From the NCBI RefSeq assembly GCF_006345805.1, contig NC_043000.1, forward strand, positions 57,102,001 to 57,166,000: a stretch of DNA of 64,000 nucleotides, written 5' to 3'. Within the stretch, counting starts at the first letter, position 1. Each line of letters begins with the position of its first letter. The position numbers and the translations under genes were made by a program. Positions 25,168-38,195 of the stretch are shown piece by piece. The notes beneath the pieces were generated by a model. The model did not search any database. It was not told where the DNA came from and saw only the letters and a list, made by a program, of their open reading frames with translations. Source of the stretch: Octopus sinensis. Lineage: Eukaryota.

Positions 25168-28139
25168 TACATATGCACGCCATCACATACTCTGATGCAT
25201 ACACGTATGTATACACAAACACATGCATGCACCATCACATATTTTTATGTATACACACCTATGTGTACACACACACACACATATATCAAGTTATATCAAG
25301 ACAGTGATACTGAGTATATTATTAGCTTGGAAAAGAATGGCTCACAATAACTTTATCCCTTTTGCATTTAAACCAGCCATACCCATTCTACATTTTTAGG
25401 CATCTTTCTTTTCTAAGATGATAGAGTAGGAATTGAGGGTGATATGACTGCTATTTCTATTACTTGACTGGGTGATGGGTGCCATCAGTATAGAATCTAA
25501 ATGAATGCTTCATAGTATTCAGATTTCTCTATATTCTTCACTTTTGTGTGTGTGTGTGGTGGTTGGGAGGGGTGGCGGGTTCCATTCCTCCGGATTTGAT
25601 AAAATAAGTAGTAATAGCAGCAGCAGAATATGAGAGTTGATTTAATTTCATATGAAATTTTTCTTGGTAACTATTTAAAAAGAATCCTGGTTTGTGAGAT
25701 ATTGAAGAAGAACTGTGGAAGAATTTTTTTAATATTTAAAAAAAATTTTTTTTTACTTTCTTATTATATTTCCTGTTTGAAGCAGGTTGAATATGTTTCA
25801 ATAATCTGAGTGGCGCCAACATTATATTGAATGTTCTACATAGTTAGAATCTTCCTTCATACATAAACAAACAGAAAACATGGACGTTAAATGGTGATGA
25901 TGATGATTTAAAAATAAGAAAACATTGGATAATGTAGTTCTAGGTAAACATTAGTAGTAGTTGTTGTTGTTGGTTGTGGTGGTGGATGTTGTTATTATTA
26001 TCATCATCATCATCATTATGATTAGTAGTAGTAGTAGTGTACAAGAGTTGATTTAATTTCATGATTCTAGGACAGGATGTTCATTTACTGAAATGCTTTT
26101 GACCAAGAGTCTGCTCATGCAGACTGAACTGAGCTAAACCAATCACTACCACAATAACAATATAAACAGCACCCTAAGCATCTAGTTTTAAACCTACATT
26201 CTCTGCATGAAAGTCTACCCCAACATTTAATTAATTCAACTATGTTGTCCTGTTAACATGATTTATCTTTAGATGTGCCTCTTTAAATAACTATTGAGCT
26301 CCTATGTGACTATTAGAACTCAATAATAAATGCAAAATATCACCTAAAGTTCACCTTCAGATGACACCATATTAAAACTTGGGAGTATGTGTGTGACCTG
26401 GCAAATTACAAAATAAAACTGGTATTAGCTCTTGGAGTAAATTTTAACAGAACAGCTGCAGTATCAAAGTTTTAATCGTCACAGTATTATGCTTAGAGAG
26501 AGGGGGAGAGAGAGAGTGTGTGTTTGTGTTTGTGTGATTTTTAGTTTCTTAACCAAAGACTGGTTTATCAATCCACCTGAGAACGCATCCCGTTAGTGAT
26601 CTAAAAGCCTTTCATCAAAATTTCATGTTAGTTATTGCTCTTATATAGCAAAAGGGTTAAAGGTGTGACATTTGTTGTAAGTTGGTGTGATTCCCTTTAG
26701 TCAAATTCTTAGTTCTGGTATTGTTGACATATGTACTTAGCGGTTACCTTGTGCTATCTATTCTTCAAAAGAGAAGTGGTTTTCAATTGTATCTGCGTTT
26801 GATTGTTTCTTTTTTGGTTGATCTCAGGTTCAGTCCCACTGTGTGACACCTTGAGTGAGTGTCTTCTATTAATAGCCCTGGGTTATTGTAGATTATGAGT
26901 GGGTTTTGGTAGATTATGAACCATCAGCATTTTAACCTTATGTCAATAATTTAAATGCATAAGAATGTCCTATATTGGTACAGGACCACAAATTTTCAAG
27001 GGAGGTGTGTAATCAGATAAATTGCACACAGTATATTGTACATTTTTTTTATTAATGTCAAGGAAATGAAATGCAAAGTTGATCTTGTTGAGATTTAAAC
27101 TCAAAATATAAAATTATAAAAGTAAATATAAAACATTTTTGTCTGGCATTCAACTGTTACTGCAACTCTAGCACCCTGAGATTGACTGTACTGATTGTAG
27201 CCTGCAAACTTAGAGATTTTTCTTTCTGTCCTTGTAAGAAATCATTAAATAATAATAATAATTATAACATAAAATATAAAAAGAAGAATGTAGAATTGAA
27301 TTGAAAATAATTCATGTTTTATTATTCTGATAAACTAAATCCAGTATTTTAAAGTACTGCACAAATAAACTTTTGCTTTTAAATTTGGCTTATTTCTGTT
27401 ATTTTTAAAAGTAAGAGCCTGCACTTTCTCTATTCACCCCCTTAGGATTCCCATCTGCTCTGGTATGCTACTCATATTTCATAGCTTGAGAAAACAACTA
27501 GACCCAAGCAAGACCTTATTTCTCTAGGGTTTCATAGAGATTGCTCCAAAATTAAAACAGCAGCATAATGCTTATGTAGCTTCTGTTAGAAAGCAAAATC
27601 ATATTAGGTAGCCAACTTCTGTTGTAACTAGATTACTCTTTTGTTGTTTGTTTAGTTATTTCCTTACAGTCTACCTACTAAAGAACTCAAAAAGCTGTTC
27701 TTTAGATTATAGTTTCAGAAAGATTTCATTCTTTATTCTGATGTAAGTATGCTGTAGGTCCTTTCAAAATCATAATGACATTAAGAATTTCAGATATGTA
27801 AACTATGTTAAATGATGAATAAAAATTATAACATGAAAGATTTTTTTATGTAGCCTAAGGTTAAGTGCTATAAAATACCAAAGACCTTGTGTGGTAGGCA
27901 AGAGAGATACAAATAGCCTAGCTGATGACTGACACTTTATACAAATTTGAGTGGAGTAAGTATGTCTGGTCATTTTGGTGCAAAGGTTGGAATTGCCATC
28001 TGGATTATGACATATGTGGTTTGAGTCCCATGGGGTTCTGTGTGCATTTTTTTTTCTTTTCTTGGATTCATGTTTTATAATAGCTCTCATTTAATTTCAG
28101 TGTAATACGATGAAAGAAACAGATTTATAGTTATGAGAA

Positions 28140-29000
28140 TGTGGTTGTGGAGAGTGTTTATGCTTTAGGGAGAGAGAATAAGGGCCAGGAGAAGGGAAGA
28201 AGAGATTAGTGTCAAATATTAATGAAGTAGGGATGGAGAACAGTGGTAAGGGTTATGAGATGAGTTGTGTTGGGAGATTCAATGCTATCTCATATTATAA
28301 ATGTAAGGGTCTAAGATGTAAGGGAAATGGGAGAAAGAACATGCAGGATTGACAAGGTGAGTAGGCTTAGGAATCCAAACAGGGCTAATTGAGGGTAGAA
28401 GGGCAGGGGGTGGGGGCATGGTAGTTGGCCAGGTTGAGAAGTGAAGGAGAAGGTTTGAAGTGTTGTGGGTGTAGGCCAGAGAAGAAAAGATGAGAAAGTG
28501 TTATGGAGGTGGAGAAGCTGTGTGGAGAGTAGAGTACAGGAATGGAAAGGAGATGGATGGAGGGTGAGGGAACAGTAGGCGGATGCAGCAAGAAGGGTGA
28601 TGGAGAGTATAGTTGGGGGGTACCATAGCAGTTGGTGGGAGGGAGGAGAGCAGAGAAAACATCCCAGATAGGGAGGCTGTGAAGAGGTTAAAGTGAGAGA
28701 AAGAGAAGCTGGCAGATATTGAAATAAGGAGCGAGAGTGCTTTGAAAGCAGAAAAAGCATCCTCTGTAAGGAGGCTGTGCAAAGATAACAGTGAAAGAGG
28801 TGTAAGGGAGGAGCAGTGGATGAGTATGAAAGTGGTAAGAGAAAGAAAGGCTGGTGAGACAAAAAGAAACTAGAATGAGGAGAGCAGAGGAAGACAGCTG
28901 CAAGAGCATTCTAGATGGAGAGGTCGTGAAGAGAGAACAGTGACAGAGAAGCAAGAAAGAAGCTGCAGGTGAATGCAGTGAGAGCATCCCAGCAAACAAG
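28140..29000 (-). repeat. Purine-rich low-complexity tract, probably the degenerate body of a retroelement in reverse orientation
   Basis: Strong GA bias on the + strand, mirroring CT-rich tracts at 1350-1720 and 30090-30600 that lead into the (GAT)n-tailed element. Confidence 0.4.
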
Positions 29001-29785
29001 GTTCTTTCTACCAAGCTTGCCCAAGAGGGTGTTTCTCTCTTGTTCTGTATTCTTTCTTTTTGCATTAAAAAGAAACTTTTTATATTTAAAAATATCTCAA
29101 CTAATATTTTATGTCACACTATAAATTTATGATGATTTTAAGTATATACAAGCCCTCATCCCAACACCAAACAAGAGATACATACATGCACACAAACATG
29201 TAAGCACATACGTACCCATGGATATGGCAGATGCGTATGAGGAATAGACCAAAGCTGAGAATGAAGAATACCCTCAGTTAGTGATAAGATAAAAATAATT
29301 GCTGCATTGATTGGGTAGTTACAGCTGCACCCAGTTTGGTGTTGTGGCTTACTTTATTAATCCCCAAACTGTGAAAGGTAACATTAAACCTGGTAGAATT
29401 TGAACTCAGATTGGAAAAGTACATAAGTAAATAGAGTTAGTCATTTTGCCCAATGCTCAGCTAATTCTGCTAATTCACCTATCTTGTTTCATAATAGCTT
29501 CATAAAATTCAGCTGTGTACATGTATATAATATGTAAATATGTGTGTATGTGTGTAAAGAAACACTCTAGGGTTTTGTGCTTGTAAAATGAAGTTATACA
29601 AACCCCCTTTATGCTTTCATCAGTAAACAAGTCAGGTAAAATTTATATGCTTACATAATTTATATGTGGCAATAACAGCATATCTGGTTTCTTCTGAAAC
29701 AGTCCTGATTTTATTTATCTTCAAGAGAAATCTTTACCCTATGCATGTGGCACATGTATGTGTGAGTGAGGGTGGGGAGGATATA

Positions 29786-29826
<41 letters not shown>

Positions 29827-31024
29827 CTGTATATTGCTTTGATGTTATATCTTGGTTAACAATGTTATTCTTATAAGTACCATTAAATTTAAATCCATTT
29901 CCATTTTTCTTTTCTTGTATATCTGGATGTAGAAATGGCTGTCTACTAAAAACGTTCACTTTACAACTATATAGTTTTTGGTTTGATCACACTGTGCAGT
30001 ATTTTGGATAAATGTGTTGGCAATAAAGCTGTGTGAATAAAATTTGGTAGATGGAAACTATGAAATGCTACCCATATATACCTCAGACATCTATCTTTGT
30101 CATTGTGTATCCCTCTTCCCACTGCCCACTCACACTGCACATAATCTTGCTATTTCTCATCTAGCTGTGATTTTATTATTCTGTTGCTCTCCACTTTTTC
30201 CCTTTATGTATTGCCACCTATCATATCCTCTTCTTTGACTCACTTCTATTTTCTTTTACCTTCACCTTGAAACTGAAATTTACCATTGACTATGCCTCTC
30301 CCCATTTTCACCATTCACTGCATTCACTTCTATCCTCATCTCAAACCATCTGTCGCTTTCCTTTCACACTCTTGTAAACCAGGTCGCCCAACTGTCCTCA
30401 ATTTTTTGTCCCTATTCTCTCTTTATCCACCATCTTGTGCCTTAAGGGCATGTTCTGACACCTTATCTTTGACATCCTTTCCCTCTTTCCAGTTGGCTTT
30501 GCCATGTATCTTCTCCACAGCAATGAATCTTCTCCCATCCTCTCAACACTTAGCATGAAGCCACCTCTCTCAATACTGCAGTTCCACACATTCTAGGGGA
30601 TTTGTCTTGTGAGTTAGTTGGTGACCTCACAAGTACTGAACATTGGGGCTCAATGCAGTCCTGATCTGTTGATCAGATCCTGTTAGAAAGGAGTTTCTAA
30701 GAAACATATTATTTATTCTTTTCAAAGTGTTTGGTGTTCAAGGTGATTACTTTCTTCTTGTTTGGAACATGTAAAGACATGGCATGTCTTTCTGACATTT
30801 ATCTGTAGAGATGTACTCACACCAATGTCAGAACTTGCAATGAAGAGATTGGTTTTTTAAAATTATGTAATGATATACATCAAGGATGCATCATACCTGG
30901 TATCTGTTACCCTGTTCACTTATATAGTAAACTTGATACTGCAACATGCTGTTGAAATGCATCCAGATGCTAAAATCTTCTCCCACACAGAAATCACAGA
31001 ACATAGACAGATCTCAATTATGCT

Positions 31025-31448
31025 GAAGCAGGCATGGCTATGTAATAAGAAGTTAGCTTCCCAACCACATGGTTCTGAGTTCAGTCCCACTGCATGGCAC
31101 CTTGATTAAGTATCTTCTACTACTGCCCCAAAGCCTCTTGGGTATATTTCGTTGACAGAAACTGAAAGAAGTGTGTGTGTATATAATCATCATCATCATC
31201 ATCAACTCTCCATGGTGGCATGGGTTAGACAGTTTGACGAGCTGCAGAGCTGCACCAGGTTCCAGTCTGATTTGGCATGGTTTCTACAACTGATGCCCTT
31301 CCTAATGCCAACCATTCCAGGAGTGTAATGGGTGCTTTTACATACCCCTGGCAAAGGTGCCATTTACATGACACCAGCAACAACCACAACTACGATTCAT
31401 GGGTAGGTGTCATTTACATGGAACTGGCAACAACCACAACTACTGTGT

Positions 31449-31484
<36 letters not shown>

Positions 31485-31535
31485 AAACTCTGCCCAAACC
31501 ATGCAAGCATGGAAAAGTGGACATTAAACTGATGA
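31025..31535. mobile_element. Composite: SINE 1 head (+), inverted (GAT)n-element end (31187-31440, -), then a (+) (GAT)n-element end
   Basis: ggcatggctatgtaataagaagtt...; (CAT)n then ctccatggtggcatgggttagacag; then cccaaaccatgcaagcatggaaaagtggacattaaactgatgat. Confidence 0.6.
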
Positions 31536-32169
31536 TAATAATAATATTGTGTTACTTGATCTATACTGTGCTGAACTTCAATGTTAACATGAACAATAAA
31601 ATCAGTCTTACCTTCTTTTATTTAAGACAATATATTGTGATTTGAAGGAGATTAGACTTCTTTTTCTAGCAAGTGATGTCATAATGTAGAAGCTTCCTTA
31701 TTGATTTGTTGCTATAATTTCATTTCATAAGCATGTGATATTGATAAAACATTTATCCAATTCATGAGTGATATGAACTGCACAGTGTGGAAAAGGCTAA
31801 AAATTTGAGGCTTGCCGATAGAAAAATCATGTTCTGAATCAGTAAAGAATGTATGAATTGATTATTTTTTTTATTTCATTTTGAAGTTCAAAGATTTCAT
31901 AATTTAGTATTTTGGTTTTTATTTATTCAGCATTTATATTTTTTTAATTTGAAAATATATAGATAGAAATAGCAATAAAAAAAAAGAAAAGAAAAAAAAA
32001 ACAAAGAAATACCCATGTATTCTAAATGATAGACATTTTAAAACTCTATTCCTTTGGAGGAAGGAGGACATTCATGATGATTAATCAATATTTAATATAT
32101 GTGCTAAACCAATAGTTTTAGAGCTGAAACATAGAATAATATATATCTGCATATATTTGTGTGTGTGTG

Positions 32170-32226
<57 letters not shown>

Positions 32227-32869
32227 GCATATATATGTGTAGTGTGTATGTATATGTACATCTGTACACATAAACACACACTTAGATTTAGAACAGTGAA
32301 GAATTAAAAATTGATGATGATGATAAATACTGGCATCTTGTTTCAATGTTGCCATATTTTGAGTTAAAAATCTCTCCCCATCCCCTTTCTCGGTGTCAGT
32401 TGACTCTGCCTTTCAACTATTTAGATTCATAAAATAAAGAATAGTGAATTCTGGTATTTGATTCAATCGATCATATATCCTTCCACCCTCCTGTTCCAAC
32501 CCGCACAACACATTACCTTTACAAAAATTAGGCCTTGTACCTAAACTAAAGAAATCACTGTCATAAAATAGGAATAATCTCCTAGCAAACAACATCCTTG
32601 ACTTTGTTTCAGTTATTTAGCTTTTATTGGTTTTAATCATAGCAATGTGTGTGTGGTCTTGCTGGAGCACCTCCTCTTGTATAGTTGATTACATTCACAA
32701 TTGTACTTATTTTATGGATCTGAGGAGGATAAAAAGCAAAATGAACTTGGGTTGGGTTTGGTGAATGTTTGCTTCTGTCTTGTCAGGTTACACACATTAC
32801 CATCTTCCCATTGATTCAGGACTCTAAAAAAAATCTAAACAAGCCAGAAATCCTGCAAAGATGTTTAAG

Positions 32870-33880
32870 TTCACTACGAATTGTCTTTGTTTGAATTCAA
32901 ATGACATATCTGTTGATTTGATTGGAATTCTTGGAATGAAAACCACTTCCCCAGAGGCACATCCAGTGATGATAGTAGCTTCTATTACATTAGGTGATAA
33001 TGTCTTCACAATCAACCTTATCCCGTTGCAAAATTTAGGAAGATCTACATTTCTTAGAAGCATTATTGAGACTCCTACTTCAGAAAAAGTTTATGTTGAG
33101 GAGTTCCAGGTGGCTCAAGAGAATTTAGGAACTCTGTTGAGTAATGGACAGCTTGATTTTCATCAAGGGCTGAATCAACTGATTTGTACTTTTTAATGAC
33201 TGTTGGAATCTTATTTGTTAATTCATGGTTAATCCTTGCTACTGTCTCATTTGCTGGAGCAAGAATTGCCCTATCACACAGCCATTTATGTGAATTATAA
33301 TTATTACTTAAGTCTGGAGGTACCCTGTTCTTCAATTCAGCTGGGGAATTCACCACGATAGCGATAGGAACCAAATTGATATAACCATTCCCATCAAATG
33401 GTACTTTCCCATTTCTTAATTGGAGACACCAGGTTGAAAACTATTTTACACATTGATCCCTATGCTAGTATTGAAGGAGAATTTCTGTACTTTATTTCAT
33501 AAGTGTGAAGACAATGCATGCTTTTATTTCATCAGATCTTGCTCCTTTGGGTTTTTCTGTCTCTCACTGACCTATTGTCTCATTGGTAACTCTGGCAGCT
33601 TGTTTTTATCTTTGCATCCTTTAAACATTTTCTCTTTCCTTTTTTGACTCTTGGCATTTTGCTGACATAATTGTTCTAATTGTTTTTCCTATGCCTCTTG
33701 TGACTCATTGGCCCTACATGCAGCATCTCTCCTTTGGTCATTTTCATATCTATGCTGTCGTTGTGCAGGGGTCTCTAGCGATCTTACTCTGGCTACCTGT
33801 ACTTGTCTTTGCTTCACTGTAGAATATTGATCAGCCACATCTACCCCGTCTCCTCTTGTAGAGAGTGTAAACATTTTTCT
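32870..33880 (-). mobile_element. Helitron remnant: PIF1-family helicase fragment fused to an N-terminal repeat region, pseudogenised
   Basis: WLCDRAILAPANETVARIN...[59 protein letters not shown]...VFIPRIP...FEFKQRQF are Helitron PIF1 helicase motifs; upstream R/Q/E-rich segment RSLETPAQRQHRYENDQRR resembles RepHel N-termini. Confidence 0.9.
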
Positions 33881-34574
33881 CAGAAACTGTTTTGAAAATT
33901 AAAATGGGAATTAAATGGAAAAATGAGTGAAAGTTACGTGAATATCTTCACAAGAGTGATTGAAATAAATAGCAACTGTAGAATGCCACATGCATGCACG
34001 CGCGCACACACATACACACACACAGTATCAAACATCAGTGTCTCTTTCTCTCTTGCTTTCCCCCTCTGTTTGTGCCGTCTTTCACATTCACCTATAGAAC
34101 ATAACATACAATGTCAAACATCAGCATCTCTCTCTCTCTCCCGCTATTCTCCTCTCTTTCAACTTCTATAGAAACTTGTTTTCTCTCTCTGTTTCTTTCT
34201 CTCTTTGTCTTTTTCTCATTCTGTGTTTCTCTCACTAACACATTTTCTCCCTCACCCTCTGTAATAGTTCCTCTCTTTTAATCTCTGTCTGTTTCTTTCA
34301 CTCTGTCTCTCTCTCTGTCTCTCTCTCTCTCTAACTCTCATTATTTACATTTCTCCCTCTATCGAAAAACATTGTGCCAAATGAAGAGATAAAGGATGAG
34401 AAGTGGAGACACTTCCTCACTTTGCTTGACATACAAATACACAGACATCTGCTAATATATATATATATATATATTAGCATATACATATGGCCCAAGGTTT
34501 AGAAGACACTTTCCCAAGGTGCAAGCTTCTTACCACACAGTCATGCCCGCTGCACCTGTTGTCTGTATATTTGT

Positions 34575-35125
34575 CTACTTGTGTATTTGAGTTTGTGTAT
34601 GTTGCATATGTATATGTGTGAATATATATATATGGATATGTGCCTGTGTATATATTTGTGTATGTATGTATATATATATGTGTGTGTGTGTGTGTTTATG
34701 TGTTATGTGCGTGTGTATGAATGTGTATGTATGTATATGTGTGTATGTATGTATGTCTGTGTGTATGTATGTATGTCTGTGTGTATGTATATACGTGTGT
34801 ATGTATGTATGTCTGTGTGTATGTATATACGTGTGTGTGTATGTATATGTGTGTGTGTATGTATGTGTGTGTGTATGTATGTGTGTATGTATGTATATAT
34901 GTGTGTATGTATGTATATATGTGTGTATGTATGTATATATGTGTGTATGTATGTATATGTGTGTGTATGTATGTATATATGTGTGTGTATGTATATATAT
35001 GTGTGTGTATGTATATATATGTGTGTGTATGTATATATATGTGTGTGTATGTATATATATATGTGTATATATATATATGTGTGTGTATATATATGTATGT
35101 GCATATGTGTGTGTGTGTATGTATG

Positions 35126-35166
<41 letters not shown>

Positions 35167-35325
35167 ATGTGCATATATATGTGTGTGTATGTATATATAT
35201 ATGTGTATGTGCATATATATGTGTGTGTATGTATATATATAAGTGTGTGTGTGTATATGTGTGTGTGTATGTATATATATAAGTGTGTGTGTGTGTGTGT
35301 GTGTATTATACACACACACACACAT
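34575..35325. repeat. Compound (TG)/(TA)/(TATG) microsatellite with higher-order ~20-bp periodicity
   Basis: About 750 bp of almost continuous purine/pyrimidine alternation; gtgtgtgtatgtatatatat is repeated in tandem at 34981-35060. Confidence 0.95.
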
Positions 35326-35694
35326 CTTTTGAATTAATAATAGTGTCAGAAATTCAATAAGAGCCACATCACTGGTTTGAAAATGATGGTATTTTTTATT
35401 TCCTCAAGAGACACTTGTATGCCTCTATTGGTAAAGTGTAAATTTATCTCAGCTGACCAGTTAGCTCTGTAATAGGATGAGCTGGAATGCCAGTGGACAG
35501 TTTTTAAAGAACTATTGATTTCGCTTTGCTATTTACTTTTCCTTCCTTCCTTCCTCCTTTCCTTCCCTCTCGCTTCCAAATCTGTTACAAAGACCTTTTT
35601 TGATTATAAACATCAAAAACAATATCTCCCCTCTCTTCTCTCTGGTATTTATTAATCTAGAATCTCTTCTCTCTGGTATTTTTTTTTATTGCAT

Positions 35695-35696
<2 letters not shown>

Positions 35697-35746
<50 letters not shown>

Positions 35747-35770
35747 TATGGTGGTGGTGGTGATGGTGGT
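35697..35770. repeat. (ATT)n followed by (GGT)n microsatellite
   Basis: Directly visible. Confidence 0.9.
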
Positions 35771-36199
35771 TCTTGTCATCTTTTTTTATGCTTATGGTTG
35801 GGTTGTCTTTTTGTTGTTGTTTTTTTTATATGTAACGATGAGATAAAAGCAGTGAAGCAGAGTAAAATACATAAAGAATATAAGCCTTTTGAATAAGAAA
35901 GGAAGGGAGGAGACTAAGATGCAAAATAAAAACAAGGGGTAGGGGAAAGAAAGAAAAAAAGATAAGGAGGAGGGTGTATCAGGATCATTATGAATCTCTG
36001 TATTCCATTCTTAGTAAATGTATTGATCTCTCTTTCTTTTTCTCCTCCTTCCCCTCTATCACTCATCTACCTCAAGATAAAAAAAAAAAAATATCAGAAT
36101 TACTACTAAGCAACAGTAGTAGCAGCAGCGAAGCTAAATCTACTGTTGCTGACTTTTTTTCTTCTTTCCTTTCTGTGTTGTCTTTCTAGGCTGATTTTT

Positions 36200-36700
36200 T
36201 TTGCGTTTTTTTGTTGTTGTTTTTTTTTGTGTCATGCATCTCGTATTTGTTTGTCAGTGATGCAGTGTGAAACATCTGAACTACCTTCTTTCTTCTTCCT
36301 TCCTCCTTCTTTCCCTTCCCTTCGGTGCCTGTTTACAACTGTCTTCCCCCAAAGAGCCTATGAATATATTTCTTAATAACGCAAAGAGAAACGACGACGG
36401 GGGTGGCAACGATTGTTGTTGTTGTTGTTGTTATTGTTGGTTTTGATAGTGGTGATGATTAATATTGCTGTTGTTACTGTTGGTGACTCTCAGAGGTTGC
36501 AGTGAGACAGAGAAAAGGGAAGGAAGAAGCAACATTCCATTAATAAAACATAACCAGCTGCTGCACTCACCTTATCTCCTCCTCCTCCTCCTCCTCTGTC
36601 GCGTGGATATAAAAGCGTGCGTGCGCGCGCGATTATTTTTAAAGTGTATTTATTTCTCGTTGTTGTCATGGTGATTTATTTCAATTTCATGTCTACTTGT
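36200..36700. promoter_or_regulatory. CpG-retaining promoter-like island with TATA-like motif (TATAAAAG at about 36608-36615, + strand)
   Basis: gtcgcgtggatataaaagcgtgcgtgcgcgcgcgat plus acgacgacgg in non-transposon sequence within an otherwise CpG-poor window; adjacent (CCT)n and (GTT)n tracts. Confidence 0.5.
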
Positions 36701-37049
36701 AAAATTAAAATGCAATCTTGAAGCTACATGAATGTTTTATGTTTTGGTTATTTTTTTGTTGACTAAGAAAAAAGAATTGATGAGAAAATTTGAAGCTAAC
36801 ATTATTACCTCGCCCCAACTCCTCACTCCAGTAATACGGTCTATTTCTGATATGTTATTGGGCTTTTATCTGAGACCCTTTTGTTGTTCATCATACGTAC
36901 ATTTATAGATTAAAAGATCAATTGTAATTCATAGGTTGGTTTCCCATGTATTTATCTTCATTTTTTTTTTTTTTATCACAGGTTGTATATAAATATTGAC
37001 AAGTGATTTTATTTAGGGTTCTGTGTCTGTGTACGTGGGTGTATGTATG

Positions 37050-37102
<53 letters not shown>

Positions 37103-37148
37103 CGTACACAGACACGTACATTTGTATATATATATGTATATATAAATC

Positions 37149-37203
<55 letters not shown>

Positions 37204-37235
37204 GTATGTACACACACACATATATAAACATATAT

Positions 37236-37375
37236 GGCATGGCTGTGTGGTAAGAAGCTTACTTCCCAACCACATGGTACTGGGTTCAGTCCCACTGCAT
37301 GGCACCTTGGGCAAGTGTCTTCTACAACCAAAGCCTTGTGAGTGGATTTCGTAGACAGAAACTGAAAGAAGGCTG

Positions 37376-37412
<37 letters not shown>

Positions 37413-37558
37413 ATGTGTATATATTTGTCTTGCAAGTACTTGGTGACCTTATCAGTGACCCTATCCTGGGGTTCAATTTCTTCGAGTAAAACCCTTTAAG
37501 GCAGTGTTCCAGCATGGTTGCAGTCAAATGACTGAAACAAGTGAAGGAATAATAGAAT
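37236..37558 (+). mobile_element. SINE family 1 copy
   Basis: ggcatggctgtgtggtaagaagc...ggttcagtcccactgc...gactgaaacaagtgaag. Confidence 0.85.
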
Positions 37559-38159
37559 ATACACATACACACACACACACACACACATATATATACATAT
37601 ATATATATATATTTGTGTGTGAGTGTCTGTATATATATGATAAAAATTCAGTTAGGTGTTAAATAACCACCTAAGGGATATTAAATATCTAAAGAATTTA
37701 CTGGTTTTTTACCTATATAAATAACATTGTTATGAACTATAGTTCATATATGTATAATAGTCAGCAAACTAATTTCTAACACAGCTGTCTATTTTGTCTT
37801 GTTTCGAATCTATGGCTGGATATGTTTTGTTAAACAATTCTCTGTTGTCTCAGTTCACCTAACTGTTGGAAATCAGTATAATGACATCTTCTAAGAATGC
37901 TAGTTGTAATACAGTAGTGCCATTATACTTGGGGAAGTTGTTGAGATATTTATATCTCATCAGTTTCAAACAATGAACTGAAACTAAGCACCAATATAAG
38001 TGCACATATCTCCAAAACCATCCGTGGCTTTGGAAATTATATTTAGGAAAGAAAGATATCACATTGAGCTTTTTCATATCTACATATCTATGATGGTTGG
38101 TTTGTACTTGTAAGACACAATTATTCTAATTGTTGATCATGTGAGATATGGGAAACTAT

Positions 38160-38195
<36 letters not shown>

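Noticed and set aside
34575-35367. Six long overlapping ORFs of 133-248 aa
   Set aside because: Translations of a (TG/TA) microsatellite with no stop codons (HTYI/VCMY repeats); not genes.
37236-37320. tRNA gene
   Set aside because: Only A/B-box-like motifs of a SINE head; I could not form a cloverleaf, and the sequence continues into the SINE body.
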